Shown: positions 1 through 11,555, counted from the first letter of the stretch. The stretch is DNA of 64,000 bases from Escherichia coli (GCF_003334385.1 NZ_QOWN01000019.1), one strand, 5' to 3'. Numbers and translations: made by a program. The notes: generated from the letters alone by a model not told the origin.

Positions 1-158
1 AGCAGGGGATTGACCGGATGGCCGGACGTCACTCCGCCGGGGCACACCGAACAGGCCACGCCGGTGGGGGCACCAATGCGCACCCCGGCTGAACCCTGAA
101 CAATGCTACCGCCATACTGCGTCATGTCGCCCTGACGCGCTGCCGGTTTTCCGCTCAT
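1..158 (-). CDS. rhsA: 5' end (about 52 codons) of an Rhs-family protein gene; continues beyond window start
   Basis: Minus-strand ATG at 156-158; translation MSGKPAARQGDMTQYGGSIVQGSAGVRIGAPTGVACSVCPGG... matches the Rhs N-terminus as I recall it. Confidence 0.8.
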   Translation of the reverse strand, partial: MSGKPAARQGDMTQYGGSIVQGSAGVRIGAPTGVACSVCPGGVTSGHPVNPL

Positions 159-385
159 TTCTCATCCTTGTTTTATCGGGTTATTTGTCTGCTGACAGGC
201 GAAACCCTACAGATTTATAAGAAAGCCTGAAGTGAGATATCCATCAGAGTGAAATAATTAGGAAAATATTTATATCACCATGATAAATATGTGATTTATT
301 TGGAAGTAACAAACCATCAACATTTTCTGCCCTTTTTCCCATCACCAGGCCATACTGATATTTTTCCTCGCACAAAGGACTCGGC

Positions 386-994
386 ATGAAACTCGTCGGT
401 AGCTACACCAGCCCGTTTGTACGCAAACTTTCTATTCTGTTGTTAGAAAAGGGCATAACTTTCGAATTTATTAATGAACTGCCCTATAACGCGGACAACG
501 GCGTGGCGCAATTTAACCCGTTAGGAAAAGTGCCGGTGCTGGTGACCGAAGAGGGCGAATGCTGGTTTGATTCGCCGATCATCGCTGAATATATTGAATT
601 AATGAATGTCGCTCCGGCGATGTTGCCGCGCGATCCGCTGGAGTCGTTGCGGGTGCGCAAAATTGAGGCACTGGCGGATGGCATTATGGATGCCGGGCTG
701 GTATCGGTGCGTGAACAGGCGCGTCCAGCGGCGCAGCAGTCTGAAGATGAATTGTTACGCCAGCGGGAGAAAATCAACCGCAGTCTGGATGTGCTGGAAG
801 GATATCTGGTCGATGGCACACTCAAAACCGATACGGTCAATCTGGCGACTATCGCCATTGCCTGTGCCGTCGGATATCTCAATTTCCGCCGCGTTGCGCC
901 AGGTTGGTGTGTCGACCGCCCACACTTAGTCAAACTGGTCGAAAACCTGTTTAGCCGCGAAAGTTTTGCTCGCACCGAACCGCCAAAGGCTTGA
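386..994 (+). CDS. yibF: glutathione S-transferase-like protein (202 aa)
   Basis: Track ORF 386..994; GST-like N-terminal thioredoxin-fold motif; position upstream of selA. Confidence 0.85.
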
Positions 995-1091
995 TGCGCG
1001 ATATGTCCTCCTGACCCATCTCACGTTACAATCCGTGGTTATGTTAAACGCCCTTCTCCGTGTGAGAGGGCCTTGATCAGCCAGGTTTCCT

Positions 1092-2483
1092 ATGACAACC
1101 GAAACGCGTTCCCTCTATAGTCAACTTCCGGCTATTGATCGCTTATTGCGCGATAGCTCCTTCCTTTCTTTGCGTGATACTTATGGTCACACCCGCGTGG
1201 TGGAATTGTTGCGTCAGATGCTCGACGAAGCGCGAGAAGTGATTCGTGGCAGCCAGACGCTGCCTGCGTGGTGTGAAAACTGGGCGCAAGAAGTCGATGC
1301 CCGGTTGACGAAAGAAGCGCAGAGCGCGCTGCGTCCGGTGATCAACCTGACGGGAACCGTGCTGCATACCAACCTTGGGCGAGCTTTACAGGCGGAAGCC
1401 GCGGTGGAAGCCGTTGCGCAGGCTATGCGTTCGCCAGTGACCCTCGAGTATGATCTGGACGACGCCGGACGCGGACATCGCGATCGGGCGCTGGCGCAGC
1501 TGCTGTGCCGTATTACGGGGGCGGAAGATGCCTGTATCGTCAATAACAATGCGGCGGCGGTGTTATTGATGTTGGCGGCCACTGCCAGCGGAAAAGAGGT
1601 GGTGGTATCTCGCGGCGAACTGGTGGAGATTGGCGGCGCGTTTCGTATTCCCGATGTTATGCGTCAGGCAGGCTGCACCCTACACGAAGTAGGGACCACC
1701 AACCGCACGCACGCGAATGATTATCGTCAGGCGGTGAATGAAAATACCGCACTGTTGATGAAAGTACATACCAGTAACTACAGCATTCAGGGGTTCACCA
1801 AAGCGATAGATGAAGCGGAACTGGTGGCGCTCGGCAAAGAGCTGGATGTTCCCGTAGTGACTGATTTAGGCAGTGGCTCGCTGGTCGATCTTAGCCAGTA
1901 CGGTTTGCCGAAAGAGCCAATGCCGCAGGAGTTGATTGCGGCGGGCGTCAGTCTGGTGAGTTTCTCCGGCGACAAGTTGTTAGGCGGGCCGCAGGCAGGA
2001 ATTATTGTTGGTAAAAAAGAGATGATCGCCCGCCTGCAAAGCCACCCGCTGAAGCGTGCATTACGCGCGGATAAAATGACCCTCGCGGCGCTGGAAGCCA
2101 CGTTGCGTCTTTATTTACACCCTGAAGCTCTGAGTGAAAAATTACCGACCCTGCGCCTGCTTACCCGCAGCGCAGAGGTCATTCAAATCCAGGCACAACG
2201 TTTACAGGCCCCCCTTGCCGCACATTACGGCGCGGAGTTTGCGGTACAGGTTATGCCATGTCTTTCGCAGATTGGCAGTGGTTCGCTGCCGGTTGATCGC
2301 CTGCCGAGCGCGGCATTAACGTTTACACCCCATGATGGACGCGGTAGCCACCTTGAGTCATTAGCCGCCCGCTGGCGTGAATTGCCAGTGCCGGTGATTG
2401 GTCGTATTTATGACGGACGATTGTGGCTGGATTTACGCTGCCTTGAAGATGAGCAACGGTTTTTGGAGATGTTGTTGAAATGA
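1092..2483 (+). CDS. selA: L-seryl-tRNA(Sec) selenium transferase (selenocysteine synthase), 463 aa
   Basis: Track ORF; recognised sequence and length; 4-nt overlap with selB. Confidence 0.95.
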   Translation: MTTETRSLYSQLPAIDRLLRDSSFLSLRDTYGHTRVVELLRQMLDEAREVIRGSQTLPAWCENWAQEVDARLTKEAQSALRPVINLTGTVLHTNLGRALQAEAAVEAVAQAMRSPVTLEYDLDDAGRGHRDRALAQLLCRITGAEDACIVNNNAAAVLLMLAATASGKEVVVSRGELVEIGGAFRIPDVMRQAGCTLHEVGTTNRTHANDYRQAVNENTALLMKVHTSNYSIQGFTKAIDEAELVALGKELDVPVVTDLGSGSLVDLSQYGLPKEPMPQELIAAGVSLVSFSGDKLLGGPQAGIIVGKKEMIARLQSHPLKRALRADKMTLAALEATLRLYLHPEALSEKLPTLRLLTRSAEVIQIQAQRLQAPLAAHYGAEFAVQVMPCLSQIGSGSLPVDRLPSAALTFTPHDGRGSHLESLAARWRELPVPVIGRIYDGRLWLDLRCLEDEQRFLEMLLK

Positions 2484-4324
2484 TTATTGCGACTGCCGGA
2501 CACGTTGACCACGGCAAAACAACCTTATTGCAGGCGATTACTGGCGTAAATGCTGACCGTCTGCCGGAAGAAAAAAAGCGCGGCATGACCATCGATCTCG
2601 GCTATGCCTACTGGCCGCAGCCGGATGGTCGCGTGCCTGGTTTTATCGACGTTCCCGGTCATGAAAAGTTTCTTTCCAACATGCTGGCGGGCGTTGGTGG
2701 TATCGATCACGCGCTGTTGGTGGTGGCGTGCGATGACGGCGTGATGGCACAGACCCGTGAGCATCTGGCGATTTTGCAGCTGACCGGTAACCCGATGCTG
2801 ACAGTGGCGCTGACCAAAGCCGATCGCGTGGACGAAGCGCGTGTTGATGAGGTTGAACGCCAGGTAAAGGAGGTTCTGCGGGAATACGGTTTTGCTGAGG
2901 CAAAACTGTTTATCACCGCAGCAACCGAAGGTCGGGGAATGGATGCCCTGCGCGAGCATCTGCTTCAGTTGCCGGAACGCGAGCACGCCAGCCAACATAG
3001 TTTCCGCCTCGCGATTGACCGCGCATTTACCGTAAAAGGTGCCGGGCTGGTCGTCACCGGTACGGCGTTAAGCGGGGAAGTGAAGGTAGGCGATTCACTC
3101 TGGCTGACTGGTGTAAATAAACCGATGCGTGTACGTGCGCTGCATGCGCAAAACCAGCCAACAGAAACCGCCAATGCCGGGCAGCGTATCGCGCTTAACA
3201 TCGCGGGTGATGCGGAAAAAGAGCAGATTAACCGTGGCGACTGGCTGCTTGCCGATGTGCCGCCAGAGCCGTTCACACGGGTGATTGTCGAGCTTCAAAC
3301 CCATACACCGCTGACCCAGTGGCAGCCGCTGCATATTCACCACGCCGCCAGCCACGTCACGGGACGCGTTTCACTGCTGGAAGATAACCTTGCTGAACTG
3401 GTCTTCGACACCCCGTTATGGCTGGCAGATAACGACCGCCTGGTATTGCGCGATATCTCTGCCCGCAACACGCTGGCCGGAGCGCGCGTCGTGATGCTTA
3501 ACCCGCCGCGTCGCGGTAAACGTAAGCCGGAATATCTGCAATGGCTGGCGTCTCTTGCACGGGCGCAGAGCGATGCCGATGCGTTATCTGTTCATCTGGA
3601 ACGCGGCGCGGTTAACCTTGCGGATTTCGCCTGGGCGCGCCAGCTCAACGGCGAAGGGATGCGCGAATTGCTGCAACAGCCTGGTTATATTCAGGCTGGT
3701 TATAGCTTGTTGAATGCGCCGGTTGCCGCCCGCTGGCAGCGGAAAATTCTCGACACATTAGCGACTTATCATGAGCAACATCGCGATGAACCTGGCCCTG
3801 GGCGCGAACGTCTGCGACGTATGGCGTTGCCAATGGAAGATGAAGCGCTGGTACTGTTGCTGATTGAAAAGATGCGCGAAAGCGGCGACATCCACAGCCA
3901 TCACGGCTGGCTGCATCTGCCAGATCACAAAGCGGGCTTCAGCGAAGAGCAGCAGGCCATCTGGCAAAAAGCAGAGCCACTGTTTGGTGACGAACCGTGG
4001 TGGGTGCGTGACCTGGCAAAAGAGACGGGAACCGACGAGCAGGCAATGCGCCTGACTCTACGCCAGGCGGCGCAGCAAGGAATAATTACCGCGATCGTTA
4101 AAGATCGTTATTACCGTAACGATCGGATTGTCGAGTTTGCCAATATGATCCGCGATCTCGATCAGGAGTGTGGTTCAACCTGCGCGGCGGATTTCCGCGA
4201 TCGCTTAGGCGTAGGCCGAAAGCTGGCAATTCAGATTCTGGAATATTTTGACCGCATTGGCTTTACGCGTCGTCGTGGAAATGATCATTTATTGCGCGAC
4301 GCATTATTATTTCCGGAAAAATAA
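2480..4324 (+). CDS. selB: selenocysteine-specific elongation factor, 614 aa
   Basis: N-terminal GTPase motif [19 protein letters not shown]; length 614 aa. Confidence 0.95.
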
Positions 4325-4377
4325 GGAAATGATTAATTAAGTTTTAAAATAAATTAATACAAAATTCTTATGAATTT

Positions 4378-4420
4378 AAAAAAAGCACATTGTTTAATGA
4401 ATACAATGTGCTTTTTATTA
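4378..4420 (+). terminator. rho-independent terminator after selB
   Basis: Perfect hairpin aaaagcacattgt / ttaatgaat / acaatgtgctttt (4381-4415) followed by T-run. Confidence 0.7.
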
Positions 4421-4513
4421 GATTAATTTTGATAATCAATAATACTGATCATATTTTCGAATGAAAATCCTCAGTAAGCTGCCCGCCCTTTTTTACACTT
4501 TCAGGAGTGTGTT

Positions 4514-5665
4514 ATGGCAGCTTCAACGTTCTTTATTCCTTCTGTGAATGTCATCGGCGCTGATTCATTGACTGATGCAATGAATATGATGGCAGATTAT
4601 GGATTTACCCGTACCTTAATTGTCACTGACAATATGTTAACGAAATTAGGTATGGCGGGCGATGTGCAAAAAGCACTGGAAGAACGCAATATTTTTAGCG
4701 TTATTTATGATGGCACCCAACCTAACCCCACCACGGAAAACGTCGCCGCAGGTTTGAAATTACTTAAAGAGAATAATTGCGATAGCGTGATCTCCTTAGG
4801 CGGTGGTTCTCCACACGACTGCGCAAAAGGTATTGCGCTGGTGGCAGCCAATGGCGGCGATATTCGCGATTACGAAGGCGTTGACCGCTCTGCAAAACCG
4901 CAGCTGCCGATGATCGCCATCAATACCACGGCGGGTACGGCCTCTGAAATGACCCGTTTCTGCATCATCACTGACGAAGCGCGTCATATCAAAATGGCGA
5001 TTGTTGATAAACATGTCACTCCGCTGCTTTCTGTCAATGACTCCTCTCTGATGATTGGTATGCCGAAGTCACTGACCGCCGCAACGGGTATGGATGCCTT
5101 AACGCACGCTATCGAAGCATATGTTTCTATTGCCGCCACGCCGATCACTGACGCTTGTGCACTGAAAGCCGTGACCATGATTGCCGAAAACCTGCCGTTA
5201 GCCGTTGAAGATGGCAGTAATGCGAAAGCGCGTGAAGCAATGGCTTATGCCCAGTTCCTCGCCGGTATGGCGTTCAATAATGCTTCTCTGGGTTATGTTC
5301 ATGCGATGGCGCACCAGCTGGGCGGTTTCTACAACCTGCCACACGGTGTATGTAACGCCGTTTTGCTGCCGCACGTTCAGGTATTCAACAGCAAAGTCGC
5401 CGCTGCACGTCTGCGTGACTGTGCCGCTGCAATGGGCGTGAACGTGACAGGTAAAAACGACGCGGAAGGTGCTGAAGCCTGCATTAACGCCATCCGTGAA
5501 CTGGCGAAGAAAGTGGATATCCCGGCAGGCCTACGCGACCTGAACGTGAAAGAAGAAGATTTCGCGGTATTGGCGACTAATGCCCTGAAAGATGCCTGTG
5601 GCTTTACTAACCCGATCCAGGCAACTCACGAAGAAATTGTGGCGATTTATCGCGCAGCGATGTAA
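4514..5665 (+). CDS. yiaY: iron-containing (group III) alcohol dehydrogenase, 383 aa
   Basis: Track ORF; Fe-ADH family motifs (GGGSPHD, histidine cluster). Confidence 0.9.
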
Positions 5666-5829
5666 TCATCATTTCCACAACGGCTGGCAAATTGTCAGCC
5701 GCTTTTTCAACTATCTCTGTAACCCTTGCCCGTAAATTCGTGATAGCTGTCGTAAAGCTGTTACCGACTGGCGAAGATTTCGCCAGTCACGTCTACCCTT
5801 GTTATACCTCACACCGCAAGGAGACGATC

Positions 5830-7368
5830 ATGACCAATAATCCCCCTTCAGCACAGATTAAGCCCGGCGAGTATGGTTTCCCCCTCAAGTTAAAAGCCCG
5901 CTATGACAACTTTATTGGCGGCGAATGGGTAGCCCCTGCCGACGGCGAGTATTACCAGAATCTGACGCCGGTGACCGGGCAGCTGCTGTGCGAAGTGGCG
6001 TCTTCGGGCAAACGAGACATCGATCTGGCGCTGGATGCTGCGCACAAAGTGAAAGATAAATGGGCGCACACCTCGGTGCAGGATCGTGCGGCGATTCTGT
6101 TTAAGATTGCCGATCGAATGGAACAAAACCTCGAGCTGTTAGCGACAGCTGAAACCTGGGATAACGGCAAACCCATTCGCGAAACCAGTGCTGCGGATGT
6201 ACCGCTGGCGATTGACCATTTCCGCTATTTCGCCTCGTGTATTCGGGCGCAGGAAGGTGGGATCAGTGAAGTTGATAGCGAAACCGTGGCCTATCATTTC
6301 CATGAACCGTTAGGCGTGGTGGGGCAGATTATCCCGTGGAACTTCCCGCTGCTGATGGCGAGCTGGAAAATGGCTCCCGCGCTGGCGGCGGGCAACTGTG
6401 TGGTGCTGAAACCCGCACGTCTTACCCCGCTTTCTGTACTGCTGCTAATGGAAATTGTCGGTGATTTACTGCCGCCGGGCGTGGTGAACGTGGTCAATGG
6501 CGCAGGTGGGGTAATTGGCGAATATCTGGCGACCTCGAAACGCATCGCCAAAGTGGCGTTTACCGGCTCAACGGAAGTGGGCCAACAAATTATGCAATAC
6601 GCAACGCAAAACATTATTCCGGTGACGCTGGAGTTGGGCGGTAAGTCGCCAAATATCTTCTTTGCTGATGTGATGGATGAAGAAGATGCCTTTTTCGATA
6701 AAGCGCTGGAAGGCTTTGCACTGTTTGCCTTTAACCAGGGCGAAGTTTGCACCTGTCCGAGTCGTGCTTTAGTGCAGGAATCTATCTACGAACGCTTTAT
6801 GGAACGCGCCATCCGCCGTGTCGAAAGCATTCGTAGCGGTAACCCGCTCGACAGCGTGACGCAAATGGGCGCGCAGGTTTCTCACGGGCAACTGGAAACC
6901 ATCCTCAACTACATTGATATCGGTAAAAAAGAGGGCGCTGACGTGCTCACAGGCGGGCGGCGCAAGCTGCTGGAAGGTGAACTGAAAGACGGCTACTACC
7001 TCGAACCGACGATTCTGTTTGGTCAGAACAATATGCGGGTGTTCCAGGAGGAGATTTTTGGCCCGGTGCTGGCGGTGACCACCTTCAAAACGATGGAAGA
7101 AGCGCTGGAGCTGGCGAACGATACGCAATATGGCCTGGGCGCGGGCGTCTGGAGCCGCAACGGTAATCTGGCCTATAAGATGGGGCGCGGCATACAGGCT
7201 GGGCGCGTGTGGACCAACTGTTATCACGCTTACCCGGCACATGCGGCGTTTGGTGGCTACAAACAATCAGGTATCGGTCGCGAAACCCACAAGATGATGC
7301 TGGAGCATTACCAGCAAACCAAGTGCCTGCTGGTGAGCTACTCGGATAAACCGTTGGGGCTGTTCTGA
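5830..7368 (+). CDS. aldB: aldehyde dehydrogenase B, 512 aa
   Basis: Native start [17 protein letters not shown] at ATG 5830 (track ORF over-extended from 5692); ALDH motifs ELGGKSP and FNQGEVCTC. Confidence 0.93.
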   Translation: MTNNPPSAQIKPGEYGFPLKLKARYDNFIGGEWVAPADGEYYQNLTPVTGQLLCEVASSGKRDIDLALDAAHKVKDKWAHTSVQDRAAILFKIADRMEQNLELLATAETWDNGKPIRETSAADVPLAIDHFRYFASCIRAQEGGISEVDSETVAYHFHEPLGVVGQIIPWNFPLLMASWKMAPALAAGNCVVLKPARLTPLSVLLLMEIVGDLLPPGVVNVVNGAGGVIGEYLATSKRIAKVAFTGSTEVGQQIMQYATQNIIPVTLELGGKSPNIFFADVMDEEDAFFDKALEGFALFAFNQGEVCTCPSRALVQESIYERFMERAIRRVESIRSGNPLDSVTQMGAQVSHGQLETILNYIDIGKKEGADVLTGGRRKLLEGELKDGYYLEPTILFGQNNMRVFQEEIFGPVLAVTTFKTMEEALELANDTQYGLGAGVWSRNGNLAYKMGRGIQAGRVWTNCYHAYPAHAAFGGYKQSGIGRETHKMMLEHYQQTKCLLVSYSDKPLGLF

Positions 7369-7399
7369 TATAAGAAGCTGGTCGCATTGGGTATTCATT

Positions 7400-7490
7400 G
7401 CCTGATGCGACGCTTACGCGTCTTATCATGCCTACGGGAACCTGACCGTAGGCCGGATAAGGCGTACACGCCGCATCCGGCATAAACAAA
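7400..7490. repeat. REP/BIME cluster downstream of aldB
   Basis: Palindromic units gcctgatgcgacgcttacgcgtcttatcatgcctac and gtaggccggataaggcgt...cgccgcatccggc. Confidence 0.75.
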
Positions 7491-7912
7491 GCGCACGTTG
7501 TTACAATTTACGTTTTAAACCTACGTGCGCAATAACCCAGACTACGCCAACAGAAGTACGTTTCTGGGGCGTGTTTTGTCAGGAGTTTAATCTCGCGTTT
7601 CGATGGTGAGCGGGCGAACCAGGCCGTAAATCACCATTGGTGATCCGAGGCCAATCAGCAATAAACGGTAGATAATTGAAGGTTTAATACGCTTAATCTG
7701 TACTGTGGATGTTTTACTGGAGTTATTCATTAGTTTGGCCAATAGTTCCACTATTTCAATATGATAAACCTCGTCCTGTTGAAAAACCAGACAGCACATT
7801 TAAGAAAGTATATAAAAAACAATATGTCGTTATATAAATAAGGAAATTGCACTGCATCATGGCATTTCATAATATGCGTTAATTGTTCTTTTTTATATTC
7901 TTTGAGGGAAAT

Positions 7913-8236
7913 ATGTTCCTGGACTATTTTGCACTGGGAGTGCTTATTTTTGTATTTCTGGTGATCTTCTATGGGATCATTATTTTACATGATATTCCCT
8001 ACCTGATTGCCAAAAAACGTAATCATCCTCATGCCGACGCCATTCATGTTGCTGGTTGGGTGAGTCTTTTTACGTTACATGTTATCTGGCCGTTTTTGTG
8101 GATTTGGGCCACGCTTTACCGCCCGGAGCGGGGATGGGGAATGCAAAGCCATGATTCATCCGTTATGCAACTGCAACAGCGCATTGCCGGGCTGGAGAAA
8201 CAGCTCGCCGACATCAAATCCTCTTCTGCCGAGTAA
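7913..8236 (+). CDS. yiaW: small inner-membrane protein, DUF3302 family (107 aa)
   Basis: ATG 7913 preceded by GAGGGA; two hydrophobic helices; AT-rich. Confidence 0.85.
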
Positions 8237-8241
8237 TACTT

Positions 8242-9378
8242 ATGGATTTACTGATTATTTTGACCTATGTGGCTTTTGCATGGGCAATGTTTAAGATCTT
8301 CAAAATTCCCGTAAATAAATGGACCATTCCCACAGCGGCCCTGGGTGGAATATTTATTGTCAGCGGTCTAATTCTGTTAATGAACTATAACCATCCGTAT
8401 ACCTTTAAAGCGCAAAAAGCGGTTATTTCTATTCCTGTTGTCCCACAGGTGACTGGTGTGGTGATTGAAGTGACGGATAAGAAAAATACGCTGATTAAAA
8501 AAGGTGAGGTGCTATTTCGACTGGACCCGACGCGTTATCAGGCGCGGGTGGATCGGCTGATGGCGGATATCGTTACCGCAGAACATAAACAGCGGGCGTT
8601 GGGCGCAGAGTTAGATGAGATGGCGGCGAATACTCAGCAGGCAAAGGCCACGCGGGATAAATTCGCTAAAGAGTATCAGCGTTACGCACGTGGCAGCCAG
8701 GCGAAAGTAAACCCGTTTTCAGAACGCGATATCGATGTGGCGCGGCAAAATTATCTGGCGCAGGAAGCCTCCGTGAAGTCATCGGCGGCGGAACAAAAAC
8801 AGATCCAGAGCCAGCTGGATAGCCTGGTGTTGGGTGAACATTCTCAAATCGCCAGCCTGAAAGCACAGCTCGCGGAAGCAAAATATAACCTTGAGCAGAC
8901 GATAGTGCGTGCGCCGAGCGATGGTTATGTGACCCAGGTACTGATTCGTCCGGGTACCTATGCCGCGTCGCTGCCGCTACGTCCGGTGATGGTGTTTATA
9001 CCCGATCAGAAACGACAAATCGTGGCGCAGTTCCGTCAGAACTCCTTGCTGCGACTGGCTCCTGGCGACGATGCGGAAGTGGTGTTTAATGCTCTGCCAG
9101 GTAAGGTATTCAGCGGTAAGCTGGCAGCCATTAGTCCAGCCGTTCCCGGCGGAGCTTATCAGTCGACCGGCACCTTACAGACGTTAAACACAGCGCCGGG
9201 TTCAGATGGCGTTATCGCGACCATTGAACTGGATGAGCACACTGATTTGAGCGCTTTACCAGACGGTATTTACGCCCAGGTGGCGGTTTACTCTGATCAT
9301 TTCAGCCATGTCTCGGTGATGCGCAAAGTGCTATTACGCATGACCAGCTGGGTGCATTACCTTTATCTCGATCATTAA
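8242..9378 (+). CDS. yiaV: HlyD/EmrA-like membrane fusion protein (378 aa)
   Basis: N-terminal TM helix, coiled-coil region, 5 nt after yiaW stop. Confidence 0.88.
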
Positions 9379-10345
9379 TCTTCGCTTTCCGCCGCTTGTT
9401 CAGGCCGCAGTTGCTGCGACTGAGCAAGCTGGTGGCGAATTTCACGCAGCATTTCATCCAGCACATACTGGACCCGCCAGGGCTGGTATTCCCGTTTACG
9501 GAAGATAGCCACCAGATCCAGCCACCATTCATAGGGTTGCTGAAAGCAGGGCACCAGCGTGCCGTCTTGCAGGTCGCTCTGCACACTTTTGTCTGGCGCA
9601 AACACAATCCCCAGGTGATTTCGTGCCAGCTCCAGCGCAGATTGCGTGTTGTCGCAAACGTAATTTCCCTTCACGCGATAATCCCGCACCTCTTTACTCC
9701 CGGCGACGTTGAAGCGCCAGATATTCGCGTCGTCGATCATCATCGAGTCGATCAAAATACAGGAGTGATGTTCGAGTTCGTCAGGACGGCTAATGGGATG
9801 TTTCTCAAGATAGCGCTGGCTGGCATAAGCGGTTACGGCATATTGGGTAATAAAACTGGCAACCAGCGATTCATTGGTGGAGCGTAGCTGATTAAAACAT
9901 CACAATCATCAGGAAATTCGACGCCTTCATAAAAGGCATTACGCTCAAGATTGCAGGTTTTTAGCGATAAGGTGATATCACCGATATCTTTAATTTTATC
10001 GATTACATGTTTGGATAAATAGGTAATTATGCCGGTTGGGGCGTAGATGGTGACCCGACCACGTTTCTCATGTTTATAATCTGCAATAAAATTATTAAGT
10101 TGCTCGTTTCTGTCCAGCATGTCGTTGATGTACGGTAACAGCGCGGTGCCAAAAGGTGTGAGCATCAGCTGCCGGGTGGTTCGGTCAAAGACTTTTAAAC
10201 CCACTTTTGATTCAAAATCAGCAAGATATTTGCTGACGTTGGCCTGTGCGATGCCAAGTACAGTCGCGGCATGGCTGATATTTTCACTGGCAGCGATTAC
10301 CGAGATAATTTTTAACTCCCGGTACTTAAGTTGTAATTTTGTCAT
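9375..10345 (-). pseudogene. yiaU: LysR-family transcriptional regulator, apparently frameshifted (N-terminal 170-codon ORF 9833..10345 and C-terminal ORF ending 9375 are in different frames)
   Basis: HTH-containing ORF stops at TAA 9833-9835; remainder continues in the -1 frame, open from 9899 to stop 9375-9377. Confidence 0.7.
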
Positions 10346-10468
10346 CGCAACAGCCCAATTATATATAATTTTATATATTACTATATAAATATGAATCTTG
10401 CACCGGAGAAATTGTAAGCATTATTATGCCGACTCTTTTTTATCTTATTTTAAAATGGAATACCGGAC

Positions 10469-11209
10469 ATGTTAATTAATCGCAATATTGTGGCGTTATT
10501 TGCGTTGCCTTTTATGGCAAGCGCAACTGCTTCTGAATTATCCATTGGTGCTGGTGCGGCTTATAATGAATCGCCTTATCGCGGTTATAATGAAAATACG
10601 AAGGCAATTCCGCTGATTAGTTATGAAGGTGATACTTTTTATGTTCGTCAGACCACGTTAGGTTTTATTCTGTCGCAAAGTGAAAAAAATGAACTTAGCC
10701 TGACCGCATCCTGGATGCCGCTGGAATTTGACCCTACCGATAATGACGATTATGCCATGCAACAGCTTGATAAGCGTGATAGTACGGCTATGGCGGGGGT
10801 TGCCTGGTATCACCACGAGCGTTGGGGAACCGTGAAAGCCTCTGCAGCTGCGGACGTTCTGGATAACAGCAACGGCTGGGTGGGGGAGCTATCGGTATTC
10901 CACAAAATGCAGATAGGTCGTCTGTCGCTGACACCTGCGCTGGGCGTTCTCTATTATGACGAGAATTTCAGTGACTATTACTATGGCATTTCAGAGAGTG
11001 AGTCCCGTCGTAGCGGTCTGGCAAGTTATTCCGCGCAGGATGCCTGGGTGCCCTATGTCAGCCTGACGGCAAAATACCCGATAGGAGAGCACGTCGTATT
11101 GATGGCGAGCGCAGGATACAGCGAGCTGCCGGAAGAGATTACCGACAGCCCGATGATTGATCGTAATGAGAGTTTTACCTTTGTCACCGGGGTGAGCTGG
11201 CGTTTTTAA
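10469..11209 (+). CDS. yiaT: MipA/OmpV-family outer membrane protein (246 aa)
   Basis: Signal peptide, beta-barrel-like alternating pattern, C-terminal aromatic residue (…SWRF). Confidence 0.88.
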   Translation: MLINRNIVALFALPFMASATASELSIGAGAAYNESPYRGYNENTKAIPLISYEGDTFYVRQTTLGFILSQSEKNELSLTASWMPLEFDPTDNDDYAMQQLDKRDSTAMAGVAWYHHERWGTVKASAAADVLDNSNGWVGELSVFHKMQIGRLSLTPALGVLYYDENFSDYYYGISESESRRSGLASYSAQDAWVPYVSLTAKYPIGEHVVLMASAGYSELPEEITDSPMIDRNESFTFVTGVSWRF

Positions 11210-11555
11210 TTCACCGGTGGATGTCGGTGCGGCTGGTGCTCCGTCGTAATGCCACAAAGGTTGTTGCTCTGGATTGCTCTGTTCATACCGGGAACCTGGC
11301 GTCTGAATCAGGATCTTATGGCTGAACAATCCCTTGCCTTCAAATGTCGTAAATGGCGCATCGGCGGGCAGCAACAGGTTATGCAGTGACTCGACGTTGT
11401 CGGCCTGCTCCATGCAATACGGTTTAATGACGTTGGCTATTTCCGGCAGATTTTTCAGAAACATACTGGTTTAACGCCAGCAGCGTGGAAGCGGCGTTAC
11501 AGCAAGGAACATATCAATTCGTAGTGCCGGGGCGATGAAGCCCCGGCGTGAGGGA

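Noticed and set aside
5692-5829. N-terminal extensions in the ORF track (aldB from 5692; similarly avtA, xylF, xylA, tag, yiaF, yhjX, eptB, yhjV, sgbU, yiaW)
   Set aside because: Track uses the first in-frame ATG/GTG/TTG; recognised native N-termini and SD placement indicate downstream starts.
9396-9887. 163-codon plus-strand ORF overlapping the yiaU frameshift region
   Set aside because: Antisense to the LysR gene; its existence does not explain the frame break, which is better explained by an indel in yiaU.
10991-11464. 157-codon minus-strand ORF starting 92 nt downstream of sgbE and running antisense into yiaT
   Set aside because: No Shine-Dalgarno; the 3' half is antisense to yiaT; the 5' part lies in the operon's 3' untranslated region after a GC-rich stem-loop (11526-11547). 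Most likely non-coding, though the first 85 codons have reasonable codon usage.
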